Shown here: piece by piece, positions 14,403 to 28,150 of the stretch | How the letters are laid out: every line of letters begins with the position of its first letter | How positions within the stretch are numbered: the first letter of the stretch is position 1 | Assembly (NCBI RefSeq): GCF_009834535.1 | Contig: NC_045707.1 | Location: 53,942,001 to 54,006,000 of the forward strand | Length of the DNA: 64,000 nucleotides | Source of the DNA: Camelus ferus | Lineage: Eukaryota | Direction of reading: 5' to 3' | The notes under the pieces: model-generated | The model's database searches: none | What the model saw: the letters and a program-made list of their open reading frames with translations, nothing else | Told to the model about the DNA's origin: nothing | Translations under genes and position numbers: made by a program

Positions 14403-17400
14403 AGATCTAACTAGTATCATTAGTGTTCCTCCAAAATAATGGAGAGAAGAAGGGAATAGAATGCAAACCTGAATAGATGTTGAGAGCTCCTAATAGGCAG
14501 AGTTTCAGGGGTACAGGTCTTGGGGTTTGTTACCATACAGTTTTGAAGACTCCAATTTATTTTTCTTCAATTTATTTCGTTATTGATGCCTTGATAACAT
14601 TTGTAGATTTTGAGAATTTTGAGTGTATACTTTTTCTGGGTCCTTGAAGACACATTGGTAATGACTACTAAGAATAATAGCTCTACATAAAATTCCTTTT
14701 ACTTGTGGAGGTAGAAGGTGAGAGGAATTTCACCTCTTGGCACAAATGTGAGATAAAAAAAGGAATTCTTGATTTAAGGAATAGAAGAACTGAATTCTGA
14801 GGCAGCTCTCTTGGGAGCAGAAATAAATAGTAGGAAAGGTCAAAGAAACTTTGAGTCTGAAGTAGTTAAACAAATACTGATTTAAGATTTGTAGCAAAAA
14901 CAAGATGATAAACTTGGCTTGAGATTTTCTGTAATACATTGGGGTTGTCCATCTTACAATAGAACAGTATAGTTCTTGTTTTGCACAATGCAGCTAAAAG
15001 TTAGGTAAGTATAAGTCTGTAACTGGAATGTCCTCTGGGTCCCTTCCAGGCTTGGAGCTGCAGCACATAGTTTAGTGAATACTTACACTCACTTTTCAGC
15101 AGTCATGACTGTAATCAATTGGGAAGACAGTGACACTCCTAGTGCTTCAGACTTGCTTCCAGAGTTCTGATGACTTACGAATTTTCTTAAATTAAAATAG
15201 TTAACATATTTTAGAGAATCTTTTATTTTTTGTTGATTGCTGAACTTGCAAAACTACCTAACTTTTCAAGATGAATTGACTCTTTGATCAATAAAAAATG
15301 GAGGGGGAAGGGCGGTTTTTATGGAAATTTCAACTCAGTGTGAATGCTTTAAACACAAGCACTATCTTCCAGAGGCCAGGAAACATGAGGAGACAAAGAA
15401 TGGTGGCTGACTGAAGAATTAGCTCTACAATAGCTTTTGGATGGCCTTCAATAGCATTTTTAGAAGAGTAGAAGAAAGTCAAACTGAGCCCTTTATTACT
15501 TTTTATCAATAAGTCTTTGTTAGCAATTGGCATAGCATTTCAGGAGATTCTATTGGAAAAGATATCAGTGGCGACTGGATATATACCAGCTCTATACCAG
15601 TAGAATTCGATTACAATAGTGACATACTCTTTTTCATCCAAAAGCATTTCCTGATTCAGATATAGTTAATATTTAAGAGTTGAAGGATTACTTTGAGAAA
15701 GTGAGGAAAACATTTTTGAGATAAGATCTCAATCAGGGAAAGCAAAATTTAAATATAATAGATAGTAATATTTTACGTCAATTTGGTTATTTCAATTCAT
15801 ATTGTATATTCAACACAGTAACTAGAGTACAATAAAATTCCCTCAAGTTTTGGTTTTAATTTCAGTTAAAACACTGCGAATTTTTTCAATAATCTGATTA
15901 TTTTATTCAAGATAATTGTTAGTCAACATGATGAGTTCTGAAGTGGATTATTTCAATCAAAATTACTTAGTATTGCTTTCTACATAATCTAAAATCCACA
16001 TATCTTTTCTTTTAATACGAATGCTGTTGAATACAATTATCATCTAGATCAAAGATACATAACACAATTACATGAGCACATATGGAATTTCTCTGAGAAA
16101 AAAAGACAATTGCTGATAGATGCTTTTTTTGGTGGGGGAGCTAAAGTCTTAAGGAGCACCCAAAACGAGCTGCCACTTTGTGTAAGACCTACTTCAAATC
16201 GGGATTTCCTATGAAAATGGATGTCACACTGAGTTATTTGGAATACATGCATGTACATTAGCATTAATGCAATTACTTTGGTTTAATACATTCAAGTACT
16301 ACAAACTGCTCAAAGTCAGTATATCATTCCATTTTTCAACTAATTCAAAAATATGTGTTGTAGTAAATCACCACATTAAGCTGCAACTATCTTTTACATA
16401 AGATAAAAGCATAAATTGTCCTGAAAATACAGTATCTAGGAAAACACTGAACGACATCAGAGGTAAATATCAAAACCTCTAGAACACTTTTACCATCTCC
16501 CATGATGAATACATAGGAAATTACTTCCCAACATTTTTGTGCAACACTCAATGTATAAACAAAAGATAAGTCAATCTTTCCAAAATAGAATTATTAACAC
16601 TAATTACGGACAAGTTGTTCACTGGGGAAGGAAACAAGATAATTAGGATACTTGGAGGTAACTTATGGGAAAGGCAAATAAAAGTTTAATTCATCACTCT
16701 GAAGAATTCCTTGGTGTGAGAACTCACCAAGTAGAAAGGATTTGGCAAGACTAGTAAAGCGAAAGTATAATGACTTTAATTTAGACTTGTTTCTGTCATG
16801 AATTCCCCACCTCAAGTGCAAAGAGACTGAGACAATTTGATACATTTACGCTTTTCTGAAACCATGTTGATAAGCTTCTTCCAAAGTACACTGCAGGGAA
16901 AGACCAGCCCAGGACACTGAGCAGCTGATGTAACCACCGCAAGTTTAGCTGCAAAGATCATTACAGTAATAGAGAAATACAGAAAACAGTTTGCCTTTTC
17001 ATGAAATTCTCACAAAAGAAAGTTATATGCCTTAGAAACAAGTTTATCTGAAAATGAATAGAAAATATTCTTCAAACATTTCAATTGTAATCTTAGTGAA
17101 TTTATTTCAAAAGCATAAATTAACTTTGGCTTTCAGTAACTATAAAAAACATTTTAATCATCCATTACCTTGATTATTAATGTCCTCATTTAAAAAAACA
17201 AACATGCTGACTATATGTGTGAATGTGTATTTTTAAAAGGACTGCCTCACTGCCAACAGAGTAAAGATGCAAGGAGAAAAAATTATAAGGCATTAAAACA
17301 GGCAGTTTTCTATTAAAAAAAAAAAACAGCAGTTAATATATTTTATTTTATTTTATTTAAAAATTTTTTTCAAGCCAAAAAAAAAGTAATTTGGCTTTAA

Positions 17401-20400
17401 TTATCTAGTAAAGTGTTTGGAAACCTGAATTACTTACACATTTTGATCTTTTCTTGGTATGAACAGAGTGACTTTGTGTTTAGGCCATTTCAATTGATAA
17501 TTATTCAGAACTTCCTAGTTACACTAGACTTATCTCTGTCCAGGCAAGAGGGGTAGCTTCATGTTCTTACAGGGAGAGAAGGGCTGAGATCAGAGATCTG
17601 GGCTTTAGATCACTGCCAACACTGGGGAAGGTTGCAAAAAGGGCTTCATTTCATGTACTTGGTAAAACAACACTTTTTTTTCTCCTTATCCCTTTTTGTG
17701 AGTTTTGAACTTACTTGTTAAGGGTGAGTCATTTAAATCAACCTCTTAGGATCCAGTTATTTAATATCTAATGAAATATTAAGTCTACATCACTTATAGA
17801 AGTTTTAGACATTTTAAAGGCTTTTAGAGATCCAGTAGATTCTAAGCTATGGTATCTCTTCATTTTTTCCCTTCTGAACTAGTCTTCATGTTCCTCCCTC
17901 CTGCATCTCCCCCAGAACTCCCTGAAGTAAAACCTTAATATCTGTAATTCATTACCAGTTTCAAACTCTGTTTTTAATTTAGACGTAACCCAGGATGTGT
18001 ACAAATGTCCAACAATATCATTTGCGTCCCGGGGACACACACATCTTTTCACTGTAGTTTCTCCAGTTTAGGCATTCGTCATGTTTTTGGTGGTTTGCCT
18101 ACATTCTACCTCATGGGAACCACACATGTAATAAAACAACCATATAATTTATTGTGGCAAATGTTACTTAACTAGATTACAACATTATATGTTGAGATTG
18201 AAAAACATCCTTAAATTAAGGTGGATCATTATTTTAATTGCCTAAGGTCAAGAATTCTTGCCAGAACTAACTCTAAGACACTTGGTTTGGATGAGTTTCT
18301 TTTCTTCAGTCATGTGATTAGTTCACCGTTTCAACAGAGTAAAAAGTGGTCTTTTTCTTAAGGATCATAGGCTCCTGCTTATTCTCTGAACCCTTTTTCT
18401 AAAAACACAAGTAAAGCCAGCAAAGCAGTACAATAAACTAAGTGCTTTGTTTTTATTTAATCAGTGATTATTTTGTTACTTATTCTAAATGAAATACTTT
18501 TTATCGTATCACGATTATTTTGTTGCCTGTCCACAACTTTTAAAGCATTGTACTTTACTAGAGCTAGGAATAAGTAATCTTCATAAAAATATACTTTCAC
18601 AACTTTAAAATAAACTTTAAAGTACCAGCTAAATGGTTTAAGATTTTCAAGAATGTAGACCCAAGTATGTTGCTATGAGAGCAGTAAATTATTGTAATTT
18701 TAGAACAATTTCTATAATAATATACTTGTTCTGTCAGACAAAATTTAGGCCATTATTACAACCGATCAAATGAAATCATTATGGTTGTTAGATACTAAAT
18801 ATAAGGTTTTCCAGTAAGTGGATTAGTTCCTAGTTAGAAGGAAACATCTTTTTAATCTCAACACGTATAAGTCATTGTAATTATGGTTCCTATTTATTAT
18901 CTAACATATCAGTCAATAAATGAATTGCTGACAGCAGTATTGCACAGGCAGAATAATTTAGCTATTAAACTCAGTTTTTCGCTGGGTCCTTCTGCTCGTG
19001 TGGCTTTAGTGCATGAAACTTCATTTACCATTTCCCTGTTGGACGTTTCCGTCTCTTCTCTAGGTCATTTCCACGTCTCATTCTGCTTGACTCAGACAGC
19101 AGTCTTCTTTCTGAATCTTGGGTTTCCCTGTCCACTGACTCTGCTTCATTCTTCCATCCCTTTATTCTCTGAGTTGGAAATCTCATCATTATCTCCTCAT
19201 AGCCTTTCCTTCCGTCAGATTCCACTTTTATTTTCTTCTTAGTTAGCTTAGTCACCTTTATAACTTGGTGCCAGAAAAATATCAATAAAGCTGTTTCTTA
19301 CTGGAGAACTTGCACTAAACAGGAAGTTCATAGATCTGATTTCTGTATCTTGCCTTAAACTCTGGTTGGAAGATCACTTTCTTGTTCAGGGACTTAGCAC
19401 TGCCTCTGTTAAATGAAGGATCTGAAATAGGTTATCTTTAAAATCTTTGCGACGTTAAATATGCTCGGTCTACTAACACTAAAGACCTCAACATATTCCT
19501 GCTTGCTCAAAGTGACTGTAATAGGAAAATAATTTATTCTTTTTACCAACTTGACTCTATCTTATATGAGTCCTTTAGGAAAATTGTCTAAATAGGGCTT
19601 GAGAACTGCTCCCCAGCCCCCACTTTGTAATTATATTTTCTTTCTACTGGGCATAGATTTAGCTAATATTTTTTAACAATATTCTTTCCAAAGTGTGCCA
19701 ATATCACTGAGCCCCAGGGGAAGACTACCAAATCAGCAAATCCACTGTTTAAAGTCCCTTTGTTTAGAATAGGTATGTTGCCGTAGACACCTTGGGGAGA
19801 AATTTAACCCTTGGATCTCAGACTAAAGAAAAGGAAATGTGCCTCGATTCCACCAGCAGCCATACTTCTATCACAGTGCAGTTAATTACAAGCATCAGAA
19901 TACTCAGTCCCTTTGCTGAAATAGTCAACTAATATTTCTGACCCTAACTTTTAAAAATAAGCTGTGGTGAACCCTCTGACTTATGCCCCAAAGCTAAAGA
20001 ATGCCAATTCTGGGTTAAGAACTACTCCAATGATTAGAGTAAAGAGTTTCTCCTTTGAGGAAGGGGGCAATTATCAAAAAAGCTAAAATCTAGGTGTGTC
20101 TTACTACTTTATTTGATGGGGGAATAAAGGCTGTTGGAATGCTTTGATTGTTCTCTGACCTTTGGTGTCCATGTCTTGAGAATACAACAAGACTGAAAAA
20201 TACAATCCATCTTAGGGAGGGAAATCATCCCTGAGTGTGGAATACCCTGCAATACTCTATAAAAATATCTAACAAACCGATTTTCCTCTACGTCACTGGT
20301 GATAATAGAACACAAACAAAAAACATAAAAATTATCCCTAGAGTTTAGTATTGTACCAAGGTACCAGGGAAGAATTTTCTGTTAACAATCAAGAGATTAT

Positions 20401-22399
20401 TAAGATACTTTATGGAATATTATGATGACCAATATATGCCTCAATATTGTTATGAGAATTATATAAGAGAAGATACATAAAGTACCAGGCAGAATGGCTG
20501 TCATATGTAAGATCAATTTTTTCTCCCTAAATTAATACTAGAATATACATATTTCTGTATATTTTTATCTCACAAGTAGTTTTTTTAAAACGTGGATATT
20601 TAGATTCATCTTATCCAAATTGTCTTCTTCCATTGCTTATTTAAATCTAGAAGCTAAATTGTTTTTAAATGTTCTTTAAAATTACTTTTTCAATAAAGAT
20701 ATTGAGTTTTTATCAAATAGAGTTACTTTCCTGACTGTCCTGGGAACTGTTAAAATAAAACTCTCTTCATCCCAGTGAGTATATCACCACTTCAGATAAT
20801 CATCTGATTTCCTGTACTGCTGCTTCTTTCATAGCCTATTCAATAACATAAAAAAAAAAAAAAAAAACTTTTCCCGTAATTGTGAAAAATGCTGGTTTCA
20901 ATAATTTCCTGGAATTTCTCCTTTCACATAACATTACATTTAACACAACCCTCACTCCTCACTGAACTCAGACCTTTACATTTCTCAGTTTCAATATATA
21001 AAACCTGAGATAATTCCATATATAAAATATGTCACAGAAAAATTGTAGTTTCTACTTGCTCTCAGTTACCTTCTAAATAGCTTACATTAATTGGATAGAT
21101 GTTACAAAGACTGGCCTTGAGTACTTCATCATTAAAAAGTGGGTATAATATGTGAGTTAGTTGGTCAGTTAAAGTTACAACCTGGTGGAGTTAGCATTCT
21201 AATCAAGAATCTGCACCCAGGGCTGATGGGTTAGCCTTATATCAGAAGGATCTTAATGCATACTAAATTTTACTTATCTTGATGTAAACCAGATGCTTTG
21301 ATAATTAGTATGATAAATCATATTAATAGTTTGATCAATGAGCATGATGAATGTTAGAAATGGGTTCCCATGGATAAAACTAAAGGTATTCAAAATCTAT
21401 GCTAAAATTTTTTAGAGACACTTCCTTCTTTGCATGAACAGTATATAAGACACTGGCCAGGTATGTAGCTTTTATTTAGGAATGGAGCCCAAGACTTGAT
21501 TTCCCAGATGTTCTACCATGATTAATATAACTTTTGGTTGCCTTATAACCAGTAGGTTAAAAGAACTCTTCTCCTGGCGTAATTTAAAGTGAGCTTTTTG
21601 GAATAATGTCAAGCAAATGAGGTCAAGTGAACATGCCCTGAAAAGCTGGTAGTATATCATGAATCTTGCCAAACAGTCTGTATGAAAGTGTTTTATGCCT
21701 GCACACTAATGAATGATCATTTAGTTAATGTCTATGCATGTGGCAGATATGATCTGAGAATTTGTTTACTTTCATTATAAACTGAGAGTGATGTTTCCTG
21801 GTAGAGTAAATTCGGATTACCACAAATGTCTTAGAAGTCTCCTGATAAAATAACTATGAGCTGTTGATGACTTTTTTTGGGTTGAGTCAGTCTGCAACAG
21901 AGAGAGCTTCTGTTGGTGATACCCTTGAAAGGTGTGGATGTAAGTTTGGATGAAGGAACAAGGACCATCTGAATTATTCTGGAAAAAAAAAAAGTGGAAC
22001 AATTGATATTGGAAATGTTTTTAAAGAAGGAGATGGAGACAAAATCTGAAGGCTATGTGTGAAAAAGCAGACAGCATGAACCTCCACTGCCACAGGAAAA
22101 GGAAGAAGAGGCTGGAAGGTAAACATATATGATGAGGAATTTTAAGGTATTTGCTGTGCAAGATCTGATCCAAACCTCCTCCTCCTCTTCTTTTATGGAA
22201 TAAAGGTACTGAGATCTGCATTACATCCAGCAAGGGGCAATACCCAAGACCACACTTGGGGTGGCTTACAGTTAGGATGTAACACACATAGATTCTTAGG
22301 TGGCTGATACCATTCTTTGGTGTCTAGGTTTATACTTGATTATTCCTTGAGTGTATTAAGTAATTTATCTTTCCACATGGATATAGGTTAGTTTAAATC

Positions 22400-22565
22400 T
22401 GTGGTGCTGGATTAGATTTGAGTCAGGAGACCTGAATTCTTCTCTTCATCCTCTTACAAACTAACTGTATAGGAAATTTACTTCATCTCTGAAGGCATTT
22501 GTCTCAACATCTGCAGAAAATAAGATGCTTGAAGTAGCTGATTGCTAAGAGTTTCTTTGGTTCTC
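22400..22565 (+). mobile_element. MIR SINE (degenerate)
   Basis: gagtcaggagacctgaattct...actaactgt...acttcatctctga...catctg. Confidence 0.65.
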
Positions 22566-22745
22566 TCTACCACACTCCTATTATATGTCTACATCAGTAT
22601 ACAAACTCGGCGGTGCAGGTAGTAAAATTGTTCTAGTTCTTTCACGTTGCAACATGCCATTCAGTTCTGGAATAGATTAGAAATACATGTACACATTCTT
22701 TTATCATACTGCACTGCTTATTTATCTGTAAAAGGAATCTAAGGG

Positions 22746-22860
22746 GTGGTGGGTATAGCTCAGTGGTAGAGCATATGCTTGGCATGTACAAGGTCCTGGG
22801 TTCGATCCCCAGTGCTTCCGTAAGGGGAAAAAGCTTTTTTAAAAAAATAAAAATAAAATA
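22746..22860 (+). mobile_element. tRNA-Ala-derived SINE (camelid vic-1-like)
   Basis: tRNA-Ala-like head with A box TAGCTCAGTGG (22756-22766) and B box GGTTCGATCCC (22799-22809). A-rich tail. TSD AATCTAAGGG at 22736-22745 and 22861-22870. Confidence 0.9.
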
Positions 22861-23099
22861 AATCTAAGGGATGAGCCAGCAAAAAAAAAAAAAAATCTAA
22901 TATTAAGGTTGAGGACTCTACACTTCTTCTGTCCAATATGACTTTTGGCTATTGAGCACTTACTTACCATGTGCTTCCTTATCTCATTACTGACATCAAA
23001 ATATTAAATATATCTATCAAATAATTAAATGTTACTAATGAAAAAATTAAAATTCTGAAAAAATATTTTGTTGAATTAATATGATTTTAGAGAGAGTGA

Positions 23100-24050
23100 C
23101 TTTTCCTAGAGAAACAAAACCAGATACAATTTTCAAAAATTGATAATTTTAATACACACAAACTCAAAAGTTCTATAGAAAAAATATACAAAGTTAAAAA
23201 AAAGGTAGAAATTGTGAACTGGTATTGGAAGCATATATAATCCTTATATCAAAATAGCAGATGACTCATTTTCTTAAGTTAAATAAGATACTTACAAAAC
23301 TATAATAATGTATTAAATATGGCAATTAAAATCAGAAAAGTTTAAGAAAAAGCAGCTTTCAAAAAAAACCCCTATGGATATATAATAGATTCTCAGCCTC
23401 TTTCATACATAAAGATATTCAAATAAAACATGAGATTCTATGTTCTTCCATCAGATAAATATGAAAAGTTGGATGATATGTAGTATTGGTGAGAGGGTAA
23501 GGAAATAAGCAATGTCATGAGTTTTTGGTGAAGATGTAAAAGGATGCAAAAGTTTTTAGAGGAATTTGGCTATATCTATCAAAATGTAAAATGCCTATAC
23601 TCTGTGTTCCAACATCTCATATCTATCAGTGTGATCCTGGATTGAATCACAAGGATGTAACAAAACATACGTTCAAAGTTATTCATTACAACATTATAAT
23701 TAATACAAACCTGAAATAGAATTAATGACCAATAAATAGGAAACTGGTTAAATGATTTGTAATGTGTCAATACAATGAAATATGGCTTTTATGCAGATGA
23801 AAGAATGACTATCTGTAGTGTTGATAGAAACAGACCATATAAAAATTATAACTGAATCATTGCAAACATATTTGCAGACTTCTAAAAAAATTAAATTATT
23901 CTAGAAGAATACATGAGAAACTTGATAATGGTTAATTTTTGAGACAAATTAGGGTGGTGCCAAAGGGATGCCCATGAAGTACGTTAACTTTCAATTTATA
24001 ATTTCTGAACCATCTAAATGATATATGTTACTTTCATTTAAAAATAGTAA
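23100..24050 (+). mobile_element. Ancient L1 (L1ME/MC-type) ORF2-end and 3'UTR remnant
   Basis: A-rich, degenerate L1 motifs (ttggtgaagatgtaaa..tgcaa..ttt..gg..aatttggc.atatctatcaaaat; aataggaaactggttaaatga). Confidence 0.7.
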
Positions 24051-25999
24051 TAAACATCTGGGGTTTTATAAGTGTGTCAATAATAGATATTGTGAAGATG
24101 TTGGACATGAGAACACATTTGGTGAGTCTGAGAAATAACAGTATTGTAGGTAAATGTTTTAGGAAATTTTAGAGCCTGCTATGACACAGGCATTAGTTAT
24201 CTGAGACGTCAGATTACTTATAATTTAAATATTACCCCTAACTAAAAAAGTAACAAATAGAAAAATGTATGAACTCTGGCCCTGAAATAGCTTATGAAAA
24301 CTATAGTTATATGTTGGTTTGGGTGATTGGAAGAGATCTTAAGACTCTCTAAGAATAAAATCAATTCACATACAATCATCTTCAAAAAGCTGAAAATCTT
24401 TCTTCAAGGCTATTATATTAAGCAAAACTAAAACATTGTTTATGGTAAATATCTATGGAATTTTTTTAGGTGCACATTAGGGATAATCCAGCTAAAGCAG
24501 TATTTAGAAGAGAATCAGCCATTTTCTTTCATAGGGACTATTGGATTTTCTGGGATAGAGAGGTTACTATATGAGTAATGAACACATCTGGATTAGATTC
24601 TGTAGCCTGATTTATCAGGAAGGAGGGAGATATTTGCAGATATCTTTTAATCTGATTTGAATCAAAATAGGAATAATTATTTATTATCACATATTTGGAA
24701 AATAAAAGATACTTAGTTAATATTTATGAAAGGAATTAATAAACTGGTGGATGAATCGATGTTTTGTATCTCATAAGAAACAGCAACTTAAAATTTCTTA
24801 TTATGAATTACAAAAATGTATTTTATTCTAAATAAAATATCAGCACTCATTCATCTCCATGTAGGTCTAACATATTTTTAAAAAGGGATGAAAAACAGAT
24901 TAGAAACTTTGGTATCATTATTTAGAACAGAATTAGCACAAATTGAGTTGATGGCTTAAGTCTAGGATATATGAACCTAAAGGCCTAAAAGTATTTGATA
25001 ATTAAAGTAAACAAACAAAATATAACTTTGATCTTGTTATAGTCTATTTAAAAAATTAGTTGAAGACTCAGCAATAATTATGTTACTTGGTCAATTTAGA
25101 TACAAAATTAAAAAAATAAAAACCATAGAACCAACATTTTTTTGATCTGAATTTTCCCATGTTGATATTTTCATGGACCAGACAAACTAAATTATTGCTA
25201 TATATCCACTCACCCTGTGCAGAAAAGCCTACATGTCATACATTTAGTGTTTTCAACCACACTTTGTATAAAGGTGGGCATATTTGAACAGAATTCATAA
25301 TACCACAATATGTACAAAGAAGAACAATGTGAATAAAATCACGTATTTGTATTCAGAATTCTTACTTAAAGCTACATACATTTATTTCTAGACTGAATTA
25401 GAAATATCTAATTCAAGTAAATGGTTATTTTTTCTTTTTTGGTTTGGTCAGGTGTTTGTTTGTTTGTTTCGTTTATTTGGTTTTTGTTTTCATTCCCTAA
25501 AGCTGGTGTACCTCTGTTAATGTTTACTCTGGGAACACCCTGATCTCTGTTTAGAAAGGCACAAACTGCACATTGTAACAGGAGAAGAAACATTACTTCA
25601 GCTGAATAAATGTTTTCAATGATTAATGATATTTTTAGCAGCACACATATGTTCTCTAGCACAGGGAAGAAAACAAGTTTGAAGCAAACATCCCTATTTC
25701 CAAGTGGCAATAACCTGTAACCTAATTCAGCTTGCTAATTGGCTGCCCTGGAATAAAAATCCCCATAAAATGTCTGTATAATCTCAGAAGACAATAACAC
25801 TGTCAGCCTGAATTAAAATGCCATCAGCAGATTTAGTGTGTTAAAAATAATTCGAAAAAGTAAAAACAAGGATCCGAGCCAGTTGGAGGAACACTGAAAT
25901 TTCACCCACTGGGCCACTTCATCATGTCTGCTGGCCTTGGTAGTAGGAAACAGCTTAGAAATCTGAGGTGTGTACTAGCAAAGTCATTTAGGGATGCAG

Positions 26000-26430
26000 T
26001 GTAGGGAAGTAAGATTTGCCACCCCAAAATGTCTCTTTGGCACGCAGATTATTTGGGGCTGAAAACAATCAAGGCCCAAAAGACTCAGGAAGAAACTTTG
26101 ACTTTCCCCCTAATTACCTAAAAAATGTTTTAGATAGAGGGGCTGTACCTGGAATAGACTGTCACAGAGTTCTCCGCAAAGAATGTGGGTGGGGTGTGGT
26201 TGTGGGAGGAACAGGGCCTAGAGATGTGTCCATTCTGTGTTCCATTGTCTCCGCAGGGCCCAGCAAACATTTATTTAATAAACATTTGCCTTTTTAACTC
26301 CATGTGAATTGCCTTTCTCCCCTTTGAAGTCCCCAATCCCTACCCTCAACATCCTGTTTTGCCTTCAGCTGAAGATGATACTTAAGTGAGGGTTTCAGTC
26401 ATTTTGGTGAGTTACTCAGATTTCAGACTA
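26000..26430 (+). mobile_element. MER34-family ERV1 LTR fragment
   Basis: Starts TGTAGG...gccaccccaaaatgt..ctttggca...gattattt.gggctgaa, the recalled MER34-type 5' end. Confidence 0.7.
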
Positions 26431-27209
26431 CTTGTGTGTTAAGCATATATTTGGATTCAGGAAGAAACATTTATTTGTGAAAATACGACGTGTCCAGTAA
26501 GATATAGTTGAGAATAGATTAACAAACCATTCTAACTTTACTTATATTACACTAAGAAACATATTGTCAGAGCATTCTAAAGTTTCTGTAATTTAGTAAG
26601 TATGCAACTACCTAAGGGCATTTAGAACAATTTACTAAATTGTTAAACAGTTATTTATAATAAAATATAATTCAGTTATATATTCAAATATCCAGGGATA
26701 TAAATCTAATTGTAATTAGAAAATTATTGGCATCAAAAAGACTGAGTATAATAGAAGAATATAATGAAGGCTAAGAAAACAAAAATACTATTTGTGGGCA
26801 AGAAAAATTTACTTAATTATGTTGGGAAAAATCAGATTGATAGCATTTGAGTTGCGTGTTAAAGCAGTAAATTCTAATTAATTGCGTAGGATGGCTTGTA
26901 CCTTTTCAGAAATGTTTATTTTTATTATGAAAAGAAACTTTCCACATGACATGCCTGTAAATAGCTAAATATTTCAAGAGAGCACCATCCAGTTTTTTCT
27001 AAACAATATCCCCCCTGAAAAGAAAAACGTTTCTCAGGATTCAACAACACATTCATGAAGCAGCATGTGTTTACTTTAAGGTCTGTCATTCCTGAGAAAT
27101 ACATGCCCAAGCCTGCTTTGTCTGTGACAGCTAATAATACCCCAGAATTGACAAGAACTATTATCTTTATATTAGTTATGCCCTGTCCCTGTCTTGAAAG
27201 TCTTACTTC

Positions 27210-27830
27210 ATACGCAAGCTCGACTTTTGGTCATTAAAGGCAACTTCGCTGCAGAGCAACTGAAGCGGCAGCGGTTGTCCGTAAACCTGTCTATGCCTGC
27301 GTAAAGGAGGAGGGTGAGGCAGTTTCTAATTTGAATGAGACGTGGGTGGCGGGCAGCCTTGCTAGTATGAAAGGTTGGAGCTCAGCAGAGCTCTTGTGAA
27401 AATTTCATATACAACAGGAGCCTTAGTAAGAGATTTATGTGAAAAGGTGGAGACTTAACTTGAAGTAGGGGCTACATCACCTGTGTACTAGTAAGCCTAT
27501 CTGCTGATTGTAATTCTTCACAGGAAAGGAGTCTAAGAGAATCCGTCTTCAAGGGAAGCCCAGTTGGGCATGTTTCCCGGGAGCAGTGTTGATGCCCTGA
27601 GCTACCTAGGCACCCAGGTTGGGGGGCCCCACCTGAATCAGTGAGACCGTTTCCGTTGGATAGAAACACAAAGAAAGTGATGATCTATTCCCAGGTGGCT
27701 GCCTAGGCAATCCCGCTTGTTTAAAAGCTTTTTAAAGTTCATCCACGTTACAGAACACCAGGAGCAGATTCACTTAGCTCATCTTAAACTTGAAAAGAAA
27801 GATGGGAGGGGGCGGTAAGTTGAACACCTT
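27210..27830. promoter_or_regulatory. Candidate regulatory element (CpG-enriched unique sequence)
   Basis: Nine CpGs in ~27210-27360 against a CpG-poor background. X-box-like GCTGCCTAGGCAAT at 27698-27711. GC box at 27804-27815. Confidence 0.35.
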
Positions 27831-28014
27831 CATCTCAACAGGGAGTTGTAAATCAGCCTGGTGCTTAACACATGAAAGGAACTTATTTCGCTGCAGAATC
27901 TCTCTTAATTTTGTAGTTCTGGGGATGAAAGGCCTTTCCATAAAATCTGAAAAGAATATTGTAATAGACCCGCTAGCATAAAATTTACAAATTTAATTCT
28001 TTCATATGGCTTGC

Positions 28015-28015
28015 T

Positions 28016-28054
<39 letters not shown>

Positions 28055-28070
28055 TTACTTACTTACTTAC

Positions 28071-28124
<54 letters not shown>
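28015..28124. repeat. (TATT)n tetranucleotide microsatellite with TACT interruptions
   Basis: About 110 bp of TATT repeats read directly. Confidence 0.97.
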
Positions 28125-28126
<2 letters not shown>

Positions 28127-28150
28127 AATTGAAGTACAGTCAGTTACAAT
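28015..28150 (-). mobile_element. Extremely 5'-truncated L1 3' terminus whose tail became the (TATT)n repeat
   Basis: The reverse complement of 28125-28150 is attgtaactgactgtacttcaatttt, resembling the L1 termini at ~31350-31375 and ~36005-36035. It runs directly into (AAAT)n. Confidence 0.7.

Noticed and set aside
16850..17047. Possible minus-strand coding exon (ttttcag ... gtaaat)
   Set aside because: Stops in all three frames and a weak donor.
22749..22820. tRNA-Ala(GGC) gene
   Set aside because: The acceptor stem is mismatched and wobble-rich, and the element has an A-tail and a TSD. It is a SINE.
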